From Lingula anatina (Eukaryota > Animalia > Brachiopoda), in assembly GCA_051362555.1 (NCBI GenBank), contig CM120642.1, forward strand, positions 23,498,001 through 23,562,000: a DNA stretch of 64,000 bases, read 5' to 3'. The position numbers were made by a program, and so were the translations under genes. This document shows positions 26,057 through 40,426 of the stretch, piece by piece; the first letter of the stretch is position 1, and each line of letters starts with the position of its first letter. Below the pieces are notes generated by a model. It was not told the origin of the DNA. It ran no database searches and saw nothing but the letters and a program-made list of their open reading frames with translations.

Positions 26057-28554
26057 GTTCTGTGATTGTGTTCAATCCAGTTCGGACGATTGATATATGT
26101 ACATGTACACGACCTTATTAATCTTGGTCCACTCAAAGTGATTCGTATTCTGTCATTAAGGCATGTTTTAAATGTCGTTTTGATTCCAATCTGAATTAAC
26201 CCATACAGGCTGCCATAATTCGTTTCACCATCTTCTCCAAGAATACTAGACTAATAGCTGCGTTTCAGCTCAATCCAGTCCGTTCTTGATGCAGCATGGG
26301 TATCCCCGCTCTCGCAACTATGAATCCACCTGAAATATACAGATATCCTATGCAGGGTTGGTTTCACTGCCCTGGTGAGTAGTTTCTCGCTTGTGTTTTA
26401 AAAACGCTCACTCCCAAACGTGTTACACTTGCTCTGCCCGCTAACGAGGTTAAGAACAACACATATCTGACATATTGGTCGATTAATGTTCTTATTCACA
26501 CCTGAGGTGTATGGTGCCCGACTAATTCCGACCACTGAATTAAGAGAGTCAGCCTGCGATGAAGACCAGTATGGGAATATGTACATATACCTGCTAACAT
26601 AAACGCCGCAGTCAAAATGCACCTTATCACCAAGGCCAAGTCGGCGGCATAACTAGTCCCATTGTATTGAGTAGGAACTTTATTTGAAAGCGTCACGCAA
26701 TGACTATTAAATAGGCCCTTATTCATTGTACATAGACTGTACAGGTTATTCTTGATTCTACAACGACTCCTAGACTCCAGGAAGCAATATGTGAGACGAG
26801 CATTCTTTGCAGCTATAGTGTGATGTTCCATCAGTCAGATTATCAGACGAGAATCACGAGACCTTCAGTATTTCGACGATCCCCATCTACGTAGATCTTG
26901 ATCACATGTTACCACGTGCCTTGACGTGCACCTCTAAACACTGGCCATGTGTCTGTCTGAAACAGCATACTTTCTTCATATTACTTTCTTCATATAAAAT
27001 CGATGTAAAATGTGCTATGCGACTACATACTCTAAAAGGTAAACGATCTTAATTTCTACCTACTCGTGCACATTGTCGTGCTTTCTGTTTTCCAATGAGA
27101 ACCCGACATATGGTCATTCATGCATGCACCGTCAATACACGTTAGTTGCACCGATACAGCATCAATATGCGTTATATAATTTAATAAGAAAACGTTTAAC
27201 TAGTTTAGTTAAGGTTTCAATAAGTCAATCACAGACTTCGCTTCTCCAGAACTGACGCTGCCAGTGCTAGATGTGACTTGTTAGTGTGATTTTACATCTG
27301 CGTCAAAATATGTCGACATAAGAATTGTTTCATATTTTCAAATGTTCCAACACAAATCTAAACTTTTAAAGGTAAGTGTTAAGATTTTTTAAGAAGTGTC
27401 AACATACATTAAAATAGTCGATCCCATATTAGCGATTCATTCTAGAGAGGTCAAGTAGATATTCTTTGGATCGATCACTGCTTTTATTGTTAAACGAAGC
27501 TTACAAAAAAACACATATGCTTAATAATTTTCTATCAGCACAACAGAGTAAATCCCAATAAATACATTTTATGCTACACTTGTTATAGCTTTTCACTTTG
27601 AACACTGAACAGATATCGAGCCAGTTTGAACAGCCACCACAAACCCAATCAATAAGGCAAATACATACCCACGGTAGGATGTGACGCGTCCTGCTGAGAA
27701 GATATGAAATAGTTGTCATCAAATATAATTCAGGTCCCGATCATATTAATAAGAATAATTCAGCATATTCCAGCTGTATTACGTTTCAATCGTTGGTGAA
27801 GAAATCAGGAATATATTGTTTTCAAAAGTATTTGTTTTTATTAACAACGACATTGTGTTAGCGGTGCATTGCACCTGATAAATGGACCTTGCGGACTCAA
27901 TGCCTGTTTAGCTCTGTCCAGAAACCTAGAAAATAGCATTGTACTTAAGAAATGTCTCAGAAAGCAAATCGAAAACCCATGTATTGATCTGTTCGATAAC
28001 CTAGAAAGTGGTTTTCTTTGTAGGCATCTGCCAAATTAAAATAACAATAAAAAACTAAGTAATAACAACATCTTTAAAACATTTGAATTTCTTTATTCAA
28101 TGTGTAGTATCATTTTCCCCATATTTTCCATTTTTTCTTTTCATATACTTAAGTTGATGCATGCATACCAGTATATAAATGAAGAGGTATTCAGGAAACA
28201 GTTATTTCAGACTCTCTAGATGGTGTTTTCATGTATGTCCAGTGAAAGTAGAATGCTTCGATTTCCCTTTAAATTTTCAAACATCGCAGTCATTCTTATG
28301 TCAGACTTTTCCAATAGCGATAATATTTTTATTCATAAAATGTATTAGTAGTCATGTAATTTTTCAAAACTTTTGAATGAACACCTTTTTGTTTTCACTA
28401 ACAAAACACTGTCAATTTGTTTGAATTTAATGAAAATTTGTCATGATGACTGAATTGTTAGACACACAATCCCTAAAACTGATGGTGGGAAGGGACGCCA
28501 GGCGAAACATGGGAAACTCAAATGCTACTGGTAATATAGATATGCATCCTATTT

Positions 28555-31500
28555 TTATGAAGATGAGAGTGCAGGTTCTGTTGTACTTTGTCTGTGGAAA
28601 ACATTGATAATGTCCTTCTTTAGCTTAACTTTAATTGGCATTGCCTCAAATTGTTCCATGTCTATTGAGAACCAGTTTTCTTGTCCCTGAAAAAAAAAAA
28701 AAGAGATTAGTCACTGACATTATGAGACAAATATTAGAAACTCATTTGTCTCTCACGTGCATGAAAATATTGCATGCAAACACTGGATTCAATAAAAGCC
28801 CTCCATGAAATCTTCAATCAATTTTGGATTCGGTTAGTCAAAACAAGATTTAAAGACATGTTTTACTTTAACATTATATGTAAAAACATGGTTTACAAAA
28901 ATGAAAACTTTTCATTAGTTGAACTGACATTTTTCCAAACTGACAAAAAGCAGTAACATATTACTAAACATCTTTAATGCTAAAATAAATCCTATCCAAG
29001 TGGGGAAATCGTATGTGCTGATGTGGTAGCAGAGGACCAGAAACACACCAGAAACATTACTCTTGAAGGACACCGTTATTTCTGAAAACAGTTTTGGGTG
29101 ATAATAATTAGAAAGTAACTGTGTTACCTCTGGAAGTTCTGGAGACAGTGTAAATTCCCCTGCAGTAAAAATTTTAAAACGTTCATCACTTTTAGCACCC
29201 CTGTGAGGTTGATTTTCTCCTTGTCTTCTCCACCTAGAATAACAAGTTTAACATTATAATGTAGAACAAACAGAAACAAATTTTTCATTTCACTTCCCCA
29301 TTCATATTCTTTCTAAATGAAATAAAAATTTTTCATTTGGAATCTAAATGTAAAAGACCGTTTCATAAATAAAATTAAATAAAAATTCATTCAAACATTT
29401 TCACAGCCCATATACAGTATTTGATATAGTAAATATCAACTCCCTTCTTTCTTATACTTAAATATTTACTGAATCTATTTAAAACAGTAAGGAATTTTGA
29501 ATGAACATACAACCAAAATTTGACAATGCAGTAACAATTTGTGACTTCATGCTGCTTTTCAAAAAAATATATTTCTTTACGGAATTCTTACCCCTCTTTA
29601 ATGAAGTCCATTTTGGAAAGGTTATCTGGTCCTATTGATATTTCCATGCCCTTAGGTGTCTAGAAATCAAAGCAAAATTGTTTTATTTACTAAAAATGAT
29701 GCAACCATTTTTTGCTTAGCTCAACTGAGTCAAATATCAGAAAGAAAAATCAGAGACAAATTAAGGATTTTTTCTTTCACATTCATTTTAATTTTTGATA
29801 CAACAGGTTAGAGAAATTCATTTAAGAAAATTATATATTATGTGTAGCATGAAAAAAATGGAGCATAAAATTACTGAATAATCAGAATTCTACAAGTAAA
29901 TGGAAAGGAATTTTTCAAATTTCCATGAACTTACCATGAAAGAGACACTTTAACATTCAACTTTAATCTACTTTATTTAGCACAAATAATTTCAGACCTT
30001 ATTAAACAGAACTCCAAAGACACATGTGACAAATTAATTGTATAAAATATCCCATAAATACAAATATTGATGATGTTTTTAATACTTTTCCATAAAGCTT
30101 TCCCTTAAGAGCTTTGATTGAATTGCAGTCACACATACTTGTTTTTCTAGTAGATTGCTTGATAAAACTGTCAACTCTGAAGTGTTGACATCTAGTTTGT
30201 GCTCCACCCCGCATTCTTCATTGATGATGTGGGCATAATCTTTTACTAAAATGCAAAAGAATGACAAATATGTCAAATATTACATTCTGCCATGTTTTGT
30301 TAAAATACATAGGTATCAAGGTAATTAGTGTTAAGAAATAACTACTTGTTGGTAAATTTTCTAAATGAATTAATCTTGATAGAAACTTGCTATTTGGTTT
30401 GTACAACAATAACAAATACCCCAAGTCCAACACGTTGGCATCAGACTGATCTCAACCCTATACTTATCAAAAATTTACAATTTCATATTTTTATGTCTGC
30501 GTGTTTCAAATACCTCACTAATTCATATATCTTACTTTATTAGGCCCTATCATTTTAGTTACTCATAAAATGTACTCTCAAACAAAGGTCAACTAACTTT
30601 TGACATCTCAACATTTTTCAAAAGTATTACTTAAAGAAAAATACTGTTTTGTGGAAATCTGTATATTAATATGGTTAAAATTGACTACAATTAACACTAC
30701 CTGGTTCTTTCTTCTTGGGAGGGGGAAGCAGAAAACTGAGCCAACCCCGCTGTTTTTTCTCCTCTGGGGGTGGTGGGGTTTCACATTTTGAGCAACCAGA
30801 ACAGGGAAGTATATAAGACAGCCTGGCCTTCAGTTCTGGCGGCCATTTCTTCACTGTTGCCCAAACATATGTCCAGCGATGTTTTAAGGGACCAAAATAC
30901 CAATATCTGTGGTAAAGAAATACAATGTTTACAACTAATGACTGGTAGGTAAATTAATTCTAAAATTACAGAACTAATGACTGACAGGTGAATTAAATCT
31001 AAAATTACATCGTTACAAAAGGAAACTATAACCTTGTGAAAATAAAGATATTAGCCCCAATTTTTGTTTATGTTGAAAAGTCCATTTTATGAGTAAGTAC
31101 AATTAATAAATCTTTAAAAAAAAATTAAAAAATGAAGCATCTAAAATGTGTGAGCAGATACTCTACTTTGATTTAGTGGTTTCTGCATCCCTGAAGTGAC
31201 TCCACTGAATACTAGAGGCTGCATACACCGTTTTCCCTTCATTGCCCTGAAATGACATCAGCCAGAAAGTTAACAACCAAACTGAAAGTACAACATACTC
31301 AATATGTTTTATTTACTTATAGTTTTGGCAAATATTCACGAACCATTACACACTAACTCATCTTATTTTCCCATGCCAAAAAATAACCAATTTTACAATC
31401 AGATTTGAAAACTAAAAAACTCACAGTAATGGCCATTAGGTCTATGGGTCTTTTTAATCCTTCAACCACAGCCAAAGCACTTTCACAGATCCATCTGAAA

Positions 31501-32932
31501 AAAAAAGAAGATGACAACTTGACAGGCACCAAGACTGGCATATACACAGACAACAAGAACAACTTATAAATCATATAAGGGAAAACAAGAAGTTTCTTTT
31601 GAAGACAAGGAAATCATTTCTTCAAAATTTTGACAATTTTCCAGGAATGGTCCATCATAATTGCCATAAACAATACACAAATATTGTAGAATAATTTTCA
31701 TGTTTTCAATTTGACTATAAAGCACATATGTCACTTACCTGACTTGTGAGGCTGTGTCACTAAAAATAGATCTAGCCAAACTATTAGTTTCACCAAGTGG
31801 CAAAATGCCTATTGATATTCTCTTTACAAAGTCCTGAAATAGAACACATACATATTATACTACTTTGCATGTGCAGGTACAGTCCATCAAAATGACATTC
31901 TAATTTCAAAACTAAAAACATGGCATTATTACTTATTTGACAGTCAAACACTTAGTGCTAGCACAGTAACTTTCTAGTATACAGAACATTACCATACAAT
32001 ACATATAGAGACTTAAATCTAATCACATTTCTCTTTTTTCCATAAAAATATTATTCTGCACTTAATTTGAGATTTAAGACATTCCACTTAAAACATCCCT
32101 TCTCATACTGCACTTTCAATGCAGTGTAGCAAAAAGCCCTCTGGAAACTGACCTGATCTTTTCTCCTCAGCAAACCAGTCATAACTTCGGCCACAGTTCC
32201 GTCTCCCCCGGCAACCACTATGGCATCTGTATCTTCCAGTCCAATAACATCCATGTATGCCTTTGCCTGGCCTTCACGCTCAGTCTGACAAGAAAAAGAA
32301 TCAAAATTCAAAACTTCAGATGGCCATACTCAATCATACTGAAGGACTATATTTCATAATCTGGGTCACATGGGGACCATATACCCAATAAACCAGCTCC
32401 ACTTCAAGGAAGAGGTAGGCGAAGAAAGGTTTATCGGTTTACCTTGATAACAGTGACATCAAGACCAGCAAGGTGGAACAATGGGGCAGCATTCTTGTCA
32501 AATAATTGTGTGCACTTTCTGGAATGAAGACAAAAAAGTATTGACTTTCTGGAAATATTTTAACATTGAAAAAAATGATATAACACAACTAAAAATAGAA
32601 ATAATCAAATGGACACAGGTAAATAGTGTTCATCCATGTCTTTACTTTTAAAAATAACCACATATTCTTGGCTATAACACTGACTTCTATGTGCAAAGTC
32701 TCACCGCTTAAGCATGTTCATATCTTTTCTGCAATTATTTGATTCACAATGACATAACAGTCTTTCACATCAAGGAACCCCACCTGTTATTAGCTGCAGG
32801 GTTCAGAAACACTGTGACCTTACGTGGGTTTTCATTGGGATACAGGCACTGCTGTCCATAAGCCTAACGGACAAAGAAAAAATGGCCAAGTTTCACCAGG
32901 AGAAATTTTTCTAGATAGTAATAAGAGGAGAA

Positions 32933-32971
<39 letters not shown>

Positions 32972-34037
32972 CAGCCACAAATTTTAGAAAAACATATCAT
33001 TAAGAATTAAGCTTAGGTTACTCAAAAATAATTAAAAAGAAAAAAGAGTAGGAAGCTAGTTAATTGTTAGCTAGTTAAAGTAATAGCAGTTGTACCCCCT
33101 ATCATAATGCTCAATCTTCCTGTCCTTCTTAAAAGTTTGCAAATGATAACCAAGGGACTGATAATGGTAATAAAAGTCAAGGCAACATTTCTCTTGCCTG
33201 AGTGAGGTTTTAACTTGAAACCAAATGTAAATACATTAAAGTATTTAAACATTCACTAAATGAAAGTCATTAAAATCTATGTATAAAAATGTCAAATACA
33301 GGAAGCAATAATTAATAAAAAATACCTGTGCCTTTTTACAGTACTGCCGTCTTATATCCAGTTCTCTAAGAAAATAAAAAAATGCATATGTGAATTAACA
33401 TAGTACTGTGGCTTTAATTTTATTTTTGAATAATTGAGAATTGGTAAACACTACATTTACATAATGCTCAAATAGTCATTCATGCAACCATAAAAAAATT
33501 TATTATTATAATTAGCATCAAGTTCACACACTGATTATATAGTTAATGAAAAAGCTGTCATTCATTTAATTTTTAACAATTAGTGTGTGACATGAACTGA
33601 GTTGCCTAAATACCCTGACATCCTTGCTGAAAATTTTCAAGACAAAACAAGTGAAATTGCTACTATTATGATGAGAATATCCGATTTTTCTACACTGTTC
33701 CACTATAATTCTCAAACTGTGTATCTCAACGTATGCTACCAAGTCCCGCCAATCTAAGCCGCTTGTGTCGCCCACGCCCCTTCAAAAATTGAGATGACGA
33801 TACGCAAACCTTTTGCTTCTGGTTACAGTGTAACTAACAGCGAGTTCGAGTTGGACCTCAACTTACGAGCGACGCTTTGAACAACTGGTAGGTCTTCAGT
33901 ATATATACAAATGATTTACAGACTCTTTTAACTTACTCGTATTTGTTGGTTGCATATTTTACACCATAAGCACTCGCGCCTGAAAATAAAACAAGTTTTT
34001 TCCAATTGTCTTGCAACTTCTTCACCACTTTCGCCAT
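28555..34037 (-). CDS. AGK: Acylglycerol kinase, mitochondrial, 13 exons: 33937-34037, 33326-33365, 32784-32863, 32443-32518, 32153-32284, 31739-31833, 31425-31494, 31167-31246, 30701-30906, 30139-30245, 29592-29659, 29128-29233, 28555-28686 (430 aa)
   Basis: MAKVVKKLQDNWKK..., [75 protein letters not shown] and WFSIDMEQFEAMP closely parallel vertebrate AGK. All junctions are GT-AG and in phase. Confidence 0.93.
32935..32971. repeat. (TTA)n microsatellite
   Basis: Direct reading. Confidence 0.95.
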
Positions 34038-34354
34038 GCTTACAAGGTTACCAAGTTATCATTCTCCACAGGAAGAAGAGCTCTCTATCGTTTAAGTCCC
34101 TTAAGTAATTTTTTAACTAAACTGATATGATGGTTCGTTCAAGCTATTGTTAGCGAGTGTAATCCATGATAATGACTTATAGAAATATATTGCGTGTAAT
34201 AACCGAACATAGCATATTGTTAAAGGTCAGTTTAACGATGCCTTCTTTTTTTATTTTAAGAAACACTAAGCGATGATATCACAACAATGTTTCCGGACGA
34301 AGCAGACGCATATCAAAACATGTAATTACCACTAACGGCATTCAGATTAAGATC
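34038..34354. promoter_or_regulatory. Putative bidirectional promoter, AGK / ANKRD46
   Basis: Divergent start codons separated by only 317 bp. Confidence 0.65.
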
Positions 34355-35470
34355 ATGTCCAAACCAGAATGGGACTGTTTATTTTCACGTTGTGGTAATG
34401 CAGACATAGCGAAAGAACTTATTAAATCAGGCTGTGACATCAATGAACAGGATGTCTCCGGAAGGACGGCTTTGCAAATTGCTACAGCTCGCGGCCAGAC
34501 AGAAAGTGTTCAAGTTTTGCTAGAAAATGGAGCTGATGTTAACGCCAGTGACAGAGCTGGAAATACTCCCTTACATCACTGTGGCCACGCAGAGACGCTT
34601 AAGTTATTAGTGAGATATGGAGGCGATCTTAAGAAGGGGTATATAGTATTACTGTCCTTGTTAGATTTTAATTATCAGTACTGGGGTACTAGTACTACTT
34701 ACAATGTACTCGTTGTACATGTACTATTATACATGTAGTTCTATTTTTGCATTGTATAGTTTTTATATTAAAAAAACATTAGCCATTCAAATCTGTATTG
34801 AAGCACCATGCCTATATATTTTTATATTTATATACTGTAAACGCATGTGTACAGTTGTGTACTACTGTAGTATCTGTTTCAGATTGAAAAGAATTTTCCT
34901 GTAATAATGCCAAATGCCAGTCCCCCCTTTTTTTGCCTCTTTTTTTATCCTACCCATATAGTTCATGTAGTAGACTGGTACTTCTTTGCAGAATTGAAAA
35001 TGCCCATCAAAATGCTTGAAATGAATTGATAACAGTCTGTACAATCACCAGTTGCTTGTTATTTTAAAAAAACTTATTTTTATACTGCATTATACATCTG
35101 TATATATGTGTGTTAAAGTCCACCTTTCTGTTACAGAAATCACAATGGCCTTTCACCTCTGGAGATGGCAAAAAGGAGGGGTGTGTCAACAGAAGTTCTT
35201 CAATTATTTATAGAGCTTCACAATGATATCAAGCCTACAAAAAGGACTTTATCAAAAACTGACTTGAAGCAAAAATTCAGTGCCACAAACAAAGGGAGCA
35301 TATTTTCAGAATTTTTCATTGATGTGAATTTTGGGGCCATACTGTGTATAGTTATAATAGTAGTTGTGCTATCACTAGGAGTTTCCTGGGTTTTAACAGG
35401 AATGTCATTGGAGAGTGAAATGAAAATACCCATTGACAGCTATGAACAAGTCCAACATATAGAACTGTGA
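34355..35470 (+). CDS. ANKRD46: Ankyrin repeat domain-containing protein 46-like, 2 exons: 34355-34638, 35137-35470 (205 aa), C-terminal transmembrane helix
   Basis: Ankyrin repeats GRTALQIATARG and GNTPLHHCGHAETL, then NHNGLSPLEMAKRRGV and a C-terminal hydrophobic helix (ILCIVIIVVVLSLGVSWVLTG), matching ANKRD46 architecture. The phase-2 GT-AG intron joins the two track ORFs. Confidence 0.88.
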
Positions 35471-37280
35471 ATGGGACAGGATATTGGCTTTTCTTGCCAA
35501 GTCAAAGGCAATGGGATATCCATATTCAAAGATAATGATTAAAGATATTGATTCTTTTTTATCATACTTATTGAGGAAGAGGGGGCCACCATTATTCTAG
35601 ACAGGAACGTGATCGGTTACATGAAATGTATGTATAATGCAGGACCATAACTTAATGCATGCAATATACTGTGTATTTCAGATTTGTTCAATTTTGTTTT
35701 AATATTCTGAAAAATAGTAGGTGCCTACAAGTGTATAATTGCAGCCTCTTCATTATCACTGAGGCAGTTCAGTTTTCATTTAGTGACAAATATCTACTTT
35801 TAAATGTTTTAAATATGATGCTTTGACTCATGGCATGCATGTTGAACTCTTTGCTAAAGTTCTACTGGAATGTGCAAATGTTTCCAGGCAGACAGGATGG
35901 AAAAAAATAATACTTTTTACCATTTTGTCCACATCAGGATTTTTTTCATACCATGAAAACGTATTTGATGATTAGAGATCTTTGTTGTCCCTTGTTTTGT
36001 TTATGGACATTTTTTAAGAACAAATTTAACAAAATTAAAAAAAGAGACATTTTGTTACACATGGTAGGTTCTCGCAGTTTATTTTCACTCTATGCCAAAA
36101 ATTGTGAGATTGCTTGAATTCATAAAAATGTGAACTTTTTTATAATGGAGTCTTAAAGAATTTTACCTGTAAGTTTTACTCACTTGTTAGAAATATATAT
36201 TTTAATGAATCCGTATATATGATGCTTTTTGGTCTAACAATTTCTTTTTCTTGTAAGATAATTTGGAGAAGATTTGGAGTAAATATTTTCCTTCTTATTT
36301 TGTTGTTGTTGCTTCCTACTTCTTGTGTGAAACAGACTATTACAGTGAAAGAGAATGATTAAAAATTTTGATGATTTCTTTAAAATTAAGAGGTCCTCTC
36401 ATTGTTAAAATATTGTTTTGAGGTTAGAGAGATCATTAGTATTTTTGAAAATTAACCATTTATGGTTGTTTTCATTTCTTTTTTCCACTTTGTGTAGTTA
36501 GCGTGTGGCATTACCAATATAATTGAATTTTTTTTGATTGATTAAGCAATGAATGATAATCTGCTGTGAACACTGATTTCTCACCTTAGGAACATTGGGT
36601 GTGGGGTGTTGCTAGTTAAATCCATTCATTGTGATGAGGATGTACACAGCCCTAGTACATATACTGTACAATGCCATTTTTATTTTTATTAATTTGTTTT
36701 TATTTTCTCAGTGCTACATGTATCTCTCTGCAATGATGGATTTTTTTTATGAAAATATTTTAAAAGTTGGATGGAGGGCAAAAGTTCTTTGTACATTTGT
36801 TAAGCTAAAATACACTATGACTCATTCAATCTTTTTAATGGGGTAAGTTGTGATTTTTACAGATGCCATATTTTTCAAAGTCAGAAATTCTCAAAAGTAA
36901 AACATTGAGTGGTAGTAACAAAATTGAAAATGATTTTTTCCTTTTTTATAGAGTAAAAAAGACCACAACTGCTATTTAGAAATATATCTTTTAATGATTC
37001 CAAAATTATCTACATGAAAGATAGACAATTTTCCCCTTTGAAAAAAATGAGTTATTACCTATTGATATCAGAGTTAACTGGGGATCCTGATATAAAAATC
37101 AAGGAGGCAAGCATTAATATAATCTAATGTGTAAATTCTGTGTGCTTGGATCTGCGCATGGTGGTATACCATTAAAAATGAAGGTATATATCTATAATTG
37201 ATGCCTTATATACAACAACAAGGGAGGGTATAGAACTGGAAATTTGTCATATGCTCTGAATGCCATAAGAGGTTTTTGAA

Positions 37281-40200
37281 ATGGGAAAAGACCGAGCATA
37301 CAGGAAGTTCATGAGTGCGTGTTTACTGTATGGCTTATTTTTTAGCATCTATTTCTTTCATTATTTCTTGGATAATGATAACATTGCAGGCACAATAGGT
37401 AAGTTCGCCACTACTGTTTGTTGTATTGGCTCAGAATTAGTGATTGTCTCATTACTTTGTTTACAGATATGTAAAAGAAGGCAGTATCAATACTTCATTC
37501 TCATATTATTATTATTTTTTAAAGAAGGAGCGTAATTCTTTTTCATTTCTTTGCATTAATCTTTTCAGTATCTTCCTATCACAGATTTGTATGAGACAAA
37601 GCTTTGATTTTTTTTTTTTTGTAGATGGATCAGTAATACAGGCTGCAGTCACCATATCTGATCAAAATGATCTCATTAATAGCACACATGAGATGGAAAG
37701 AGAAAATCAGGTAAATTGGTTGTTAAACTTACTTATTATGCATTTTTAATCTTTCATTTTGTCCAGTCACTGATTTCCTTAAAATAAGTGAGCAAACGTT
37801 TGCATATAAATTATGTGTGACTGGACAAGAAGAAGGTCACCCCACTTTTGTTATTCTGATAAAATCTGTAAAAACTAAGATATTTTCATGTTGGATAGTT
37901 CATGCACATTTTATCTGACAATTTGCTCGACTTAGAAATTAAAAAATACAATGTTTTAAAATTGTGTAGCTAAAACTATAAAATGAGTTGTATTAATTTA
38001 TAAATGTCTATTAATCAAGTGCAAATAAAGGTATACTATCAATATCAAAATGTCCCAATTAGAGTCATATTTTCTGTCTGCATAATTATCCTCCGAAATC
38101 AACAGGAAAACATGATCTAAATATTATGAGAAAAATTTAGCAAAAAATCATTAAATTTGAAAGAAAATTAAACATTGTAAGTGAGTCACAACAGACGACA
38201 CCAGACTATATAATTTTTGATGTTTTATGTTTACATGGGCGTTACTAGGCATACGCACGGATGCACTGTGCGTACAATTTTTTTGGCCATCCATGATATT
38301 ATTTTATATAAATTTAGTGTATTTTTCACGGAATATAAAAGAAAATCCTCTCCAAATTAAAGTCACCTGTATGTACAAATCCTCTGTATCAATTGTATAT
38401 GCACAATTGTTCTGCCTAGTCTACATTTTGCCGGGAATTTTAAAAATCTGTGCGTACAATTTTTAAAGGTCTGGTTACGCCCCTGGTTTATATATGTTTA
38501 CACCAATTTTACATGCTCAACTCAGAGCGCTCTTCATTAAGCTAGTGTTGTCTGAAAATTGAATGTCTCAGTTTCTGCAAATTGAAAAGTATCTTTTGCT
38601 ATTTGTTTCATGGTAGAAATATACCAGGCACTTGATATATTCGCAGTGGGATGTTCTTGACCTATCAGGCGTCCAAGTTGCAGGAAAACTAAGAAAGAGG
38701 GCAGGTGAATGTGAAGAAATATGATAAAATTGACATATATACTAGTAATGGGGCCGTAGCTGTCAGTAGTTCGAAGGTTCATTGGTTTGAAGGTTTGATA
38801 GTCAAAATTAATGCATGAATAAGGTGTTTAGTTTACCGGCTATAAAGTAATTCATTGGTACAAATGATTTTTTGGACCAATGAGACTTCTGACTCAAGAA
38901 CCTTTGGATTATCGAGACGCCCCTGACATGACACATCGTGACATTCAAATGGGCATCATCTCGGATAGCCTTTAGTCTCGATACTTGGCATAGAACAAAG
39001 CAAGAATTTGGAGGTATGGAGGAAAGTGCATAAGAAATAATGGCAGACGAGTGAGTGCAGTGTGGCAATGAATAAAAGCTAACAGAATTTATTTGTGGAT
39101 ATTTTTCTGGTTGAAAAAACCAGATAAATATGCACGGATTAATTCTTGCATCAGTTGTGATCTTTTCAGAACTAGTGAAGTAGAAGTTACTGTAAGTCTA
39201 TGACAAAACAGTTAAGTAAGAATTCACCATGAAATGCCTTTCACTTTTGTTTTCCTTTTTAAGACGACATTCAATAATAGCCCCACCAGATTATCGCTTA
39301 AAAGTTCATTTCACCTTGTGCTCATTCTCACAGGTTTTCTTTCATATGATGTTATGCAGTGCTGACAGGCATAGATTATCTCAGATGATTCCCATTTTGT
39401 CTTCAGATGTGTAAATTAGGTAGTTTTGTGGGTCCAACAAAATTTGGTGAAATTTCTGTAATTTCTCTTGCACTTTGTGATCTCTTTTCAATATATAATA
39501 TAATGATGTTATCAATGTCATCACATTAACCACTTAATATGGGTTAAAATGCTACTTTGAATTATCATTGTCATGCAGATATATGACATATGGATGCACA
39601 TGCATTTCTTAACTATACATGTAAAATCCTTTTAGGTTTTCTTACTATTGGTATTCCTTCTGTCAAACGAATAAATGGAATCGAGTACCTCTTGGAGACA
39701 ATTGGCTACATTATAAACAGGACATCCCAAGTTGAGAAGAAATATATGGTCATTTTAGTGTTTTTGGCTAATTTTGATGAGGACTATAATGCAAATGCTT
39801 TGAAAAATATCAGCATCAAATATGGAGACTACCTTAACAGTGGTTTTATATTAGTTATGCAAGTTCCAGAGAAGTATTACCCACCATTAGAAAATTTAAA
39901 AAGAAATTACGATGATCCGGAGGCGACGGTAAAATGGCGATCAAAGCAAAATGTTGACTTTGCTTTCATGTTTTTCTACGGGAGGAATATTTCAAAGTAC
40001 TACATTCAGATTGAAGATGATGTCATACCATCATATGGTTTTTTTAAAGGCATACGTGCTTTTATCCAAAAAAACAGGGAAAAGACGTGGATTTGTTTAG
40101 AATTTTCTGTTCTTGGATTTATAGGCAAGCTTTTCAATTCAAGCATCTTGGGTAATTTGGCAAGATATTTAATCTTATTTTACGATGAGCAACCATGTGA

Positions 40201-40426
40201 CTGGCTTATTGAACACTTCCTTCATTCAATGGCCCAAAAAGAGCGCATTTTCAACAGCCAGTCACTCTTTCAACATAGAGGAATCTGGTCTTCCTCTGAG
40301 GTCAAGGTCAAGAGAGGACCTATGAAAGATACTGATCGTAAATTCAAGGAAAATATAACAGAAATATTAGATCAAACTAAAATCAGAAAAAAACATTTTT
40401 ATCCAAAATCAAAAATATCAATTTAA
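37281..40426 (+). CDS. MGAT4C: Alpha-1,3-mannosyl-glycoprotein 4-beta-N-acetylglucosaminyltransferase C-like (GT54), 4 exons: 37281-37398, 37625-37710, 38617-38704, 39636-40426 (360 aa)
   Basis: Signal-anchor in exon 1. Catalytic exon has FLTIGIPSVKR, YYPPLENLKRNYDDP...WRSKQNVDFAF, YYIQIEDDV, LEFSVLGFIGKL, PCDWL and SLFQHRGIWSS. The three 5' exons are inferred from splice sites and phase and are less certain than the catalytic exon. Confidence 0.82.

Noticed and set aside
31161-31166. Weak AGK donor GTAGAG as a possible minor-class intron or premature stop
   Set aside because: It is still a GT donor that restores frame with the next exon and does not match the U12 consensus GTATCCTT.
33730-33900. 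Sm-site-like AATTTTTGA plus GC-rich stretch on the minus strand of AGK intron 1
   Set aside because: No resemblance to U1/U2/U4/U5/U7/U11/U12/U4atac that I can recognise. The motif is expected by chance in AT-rich DNA.
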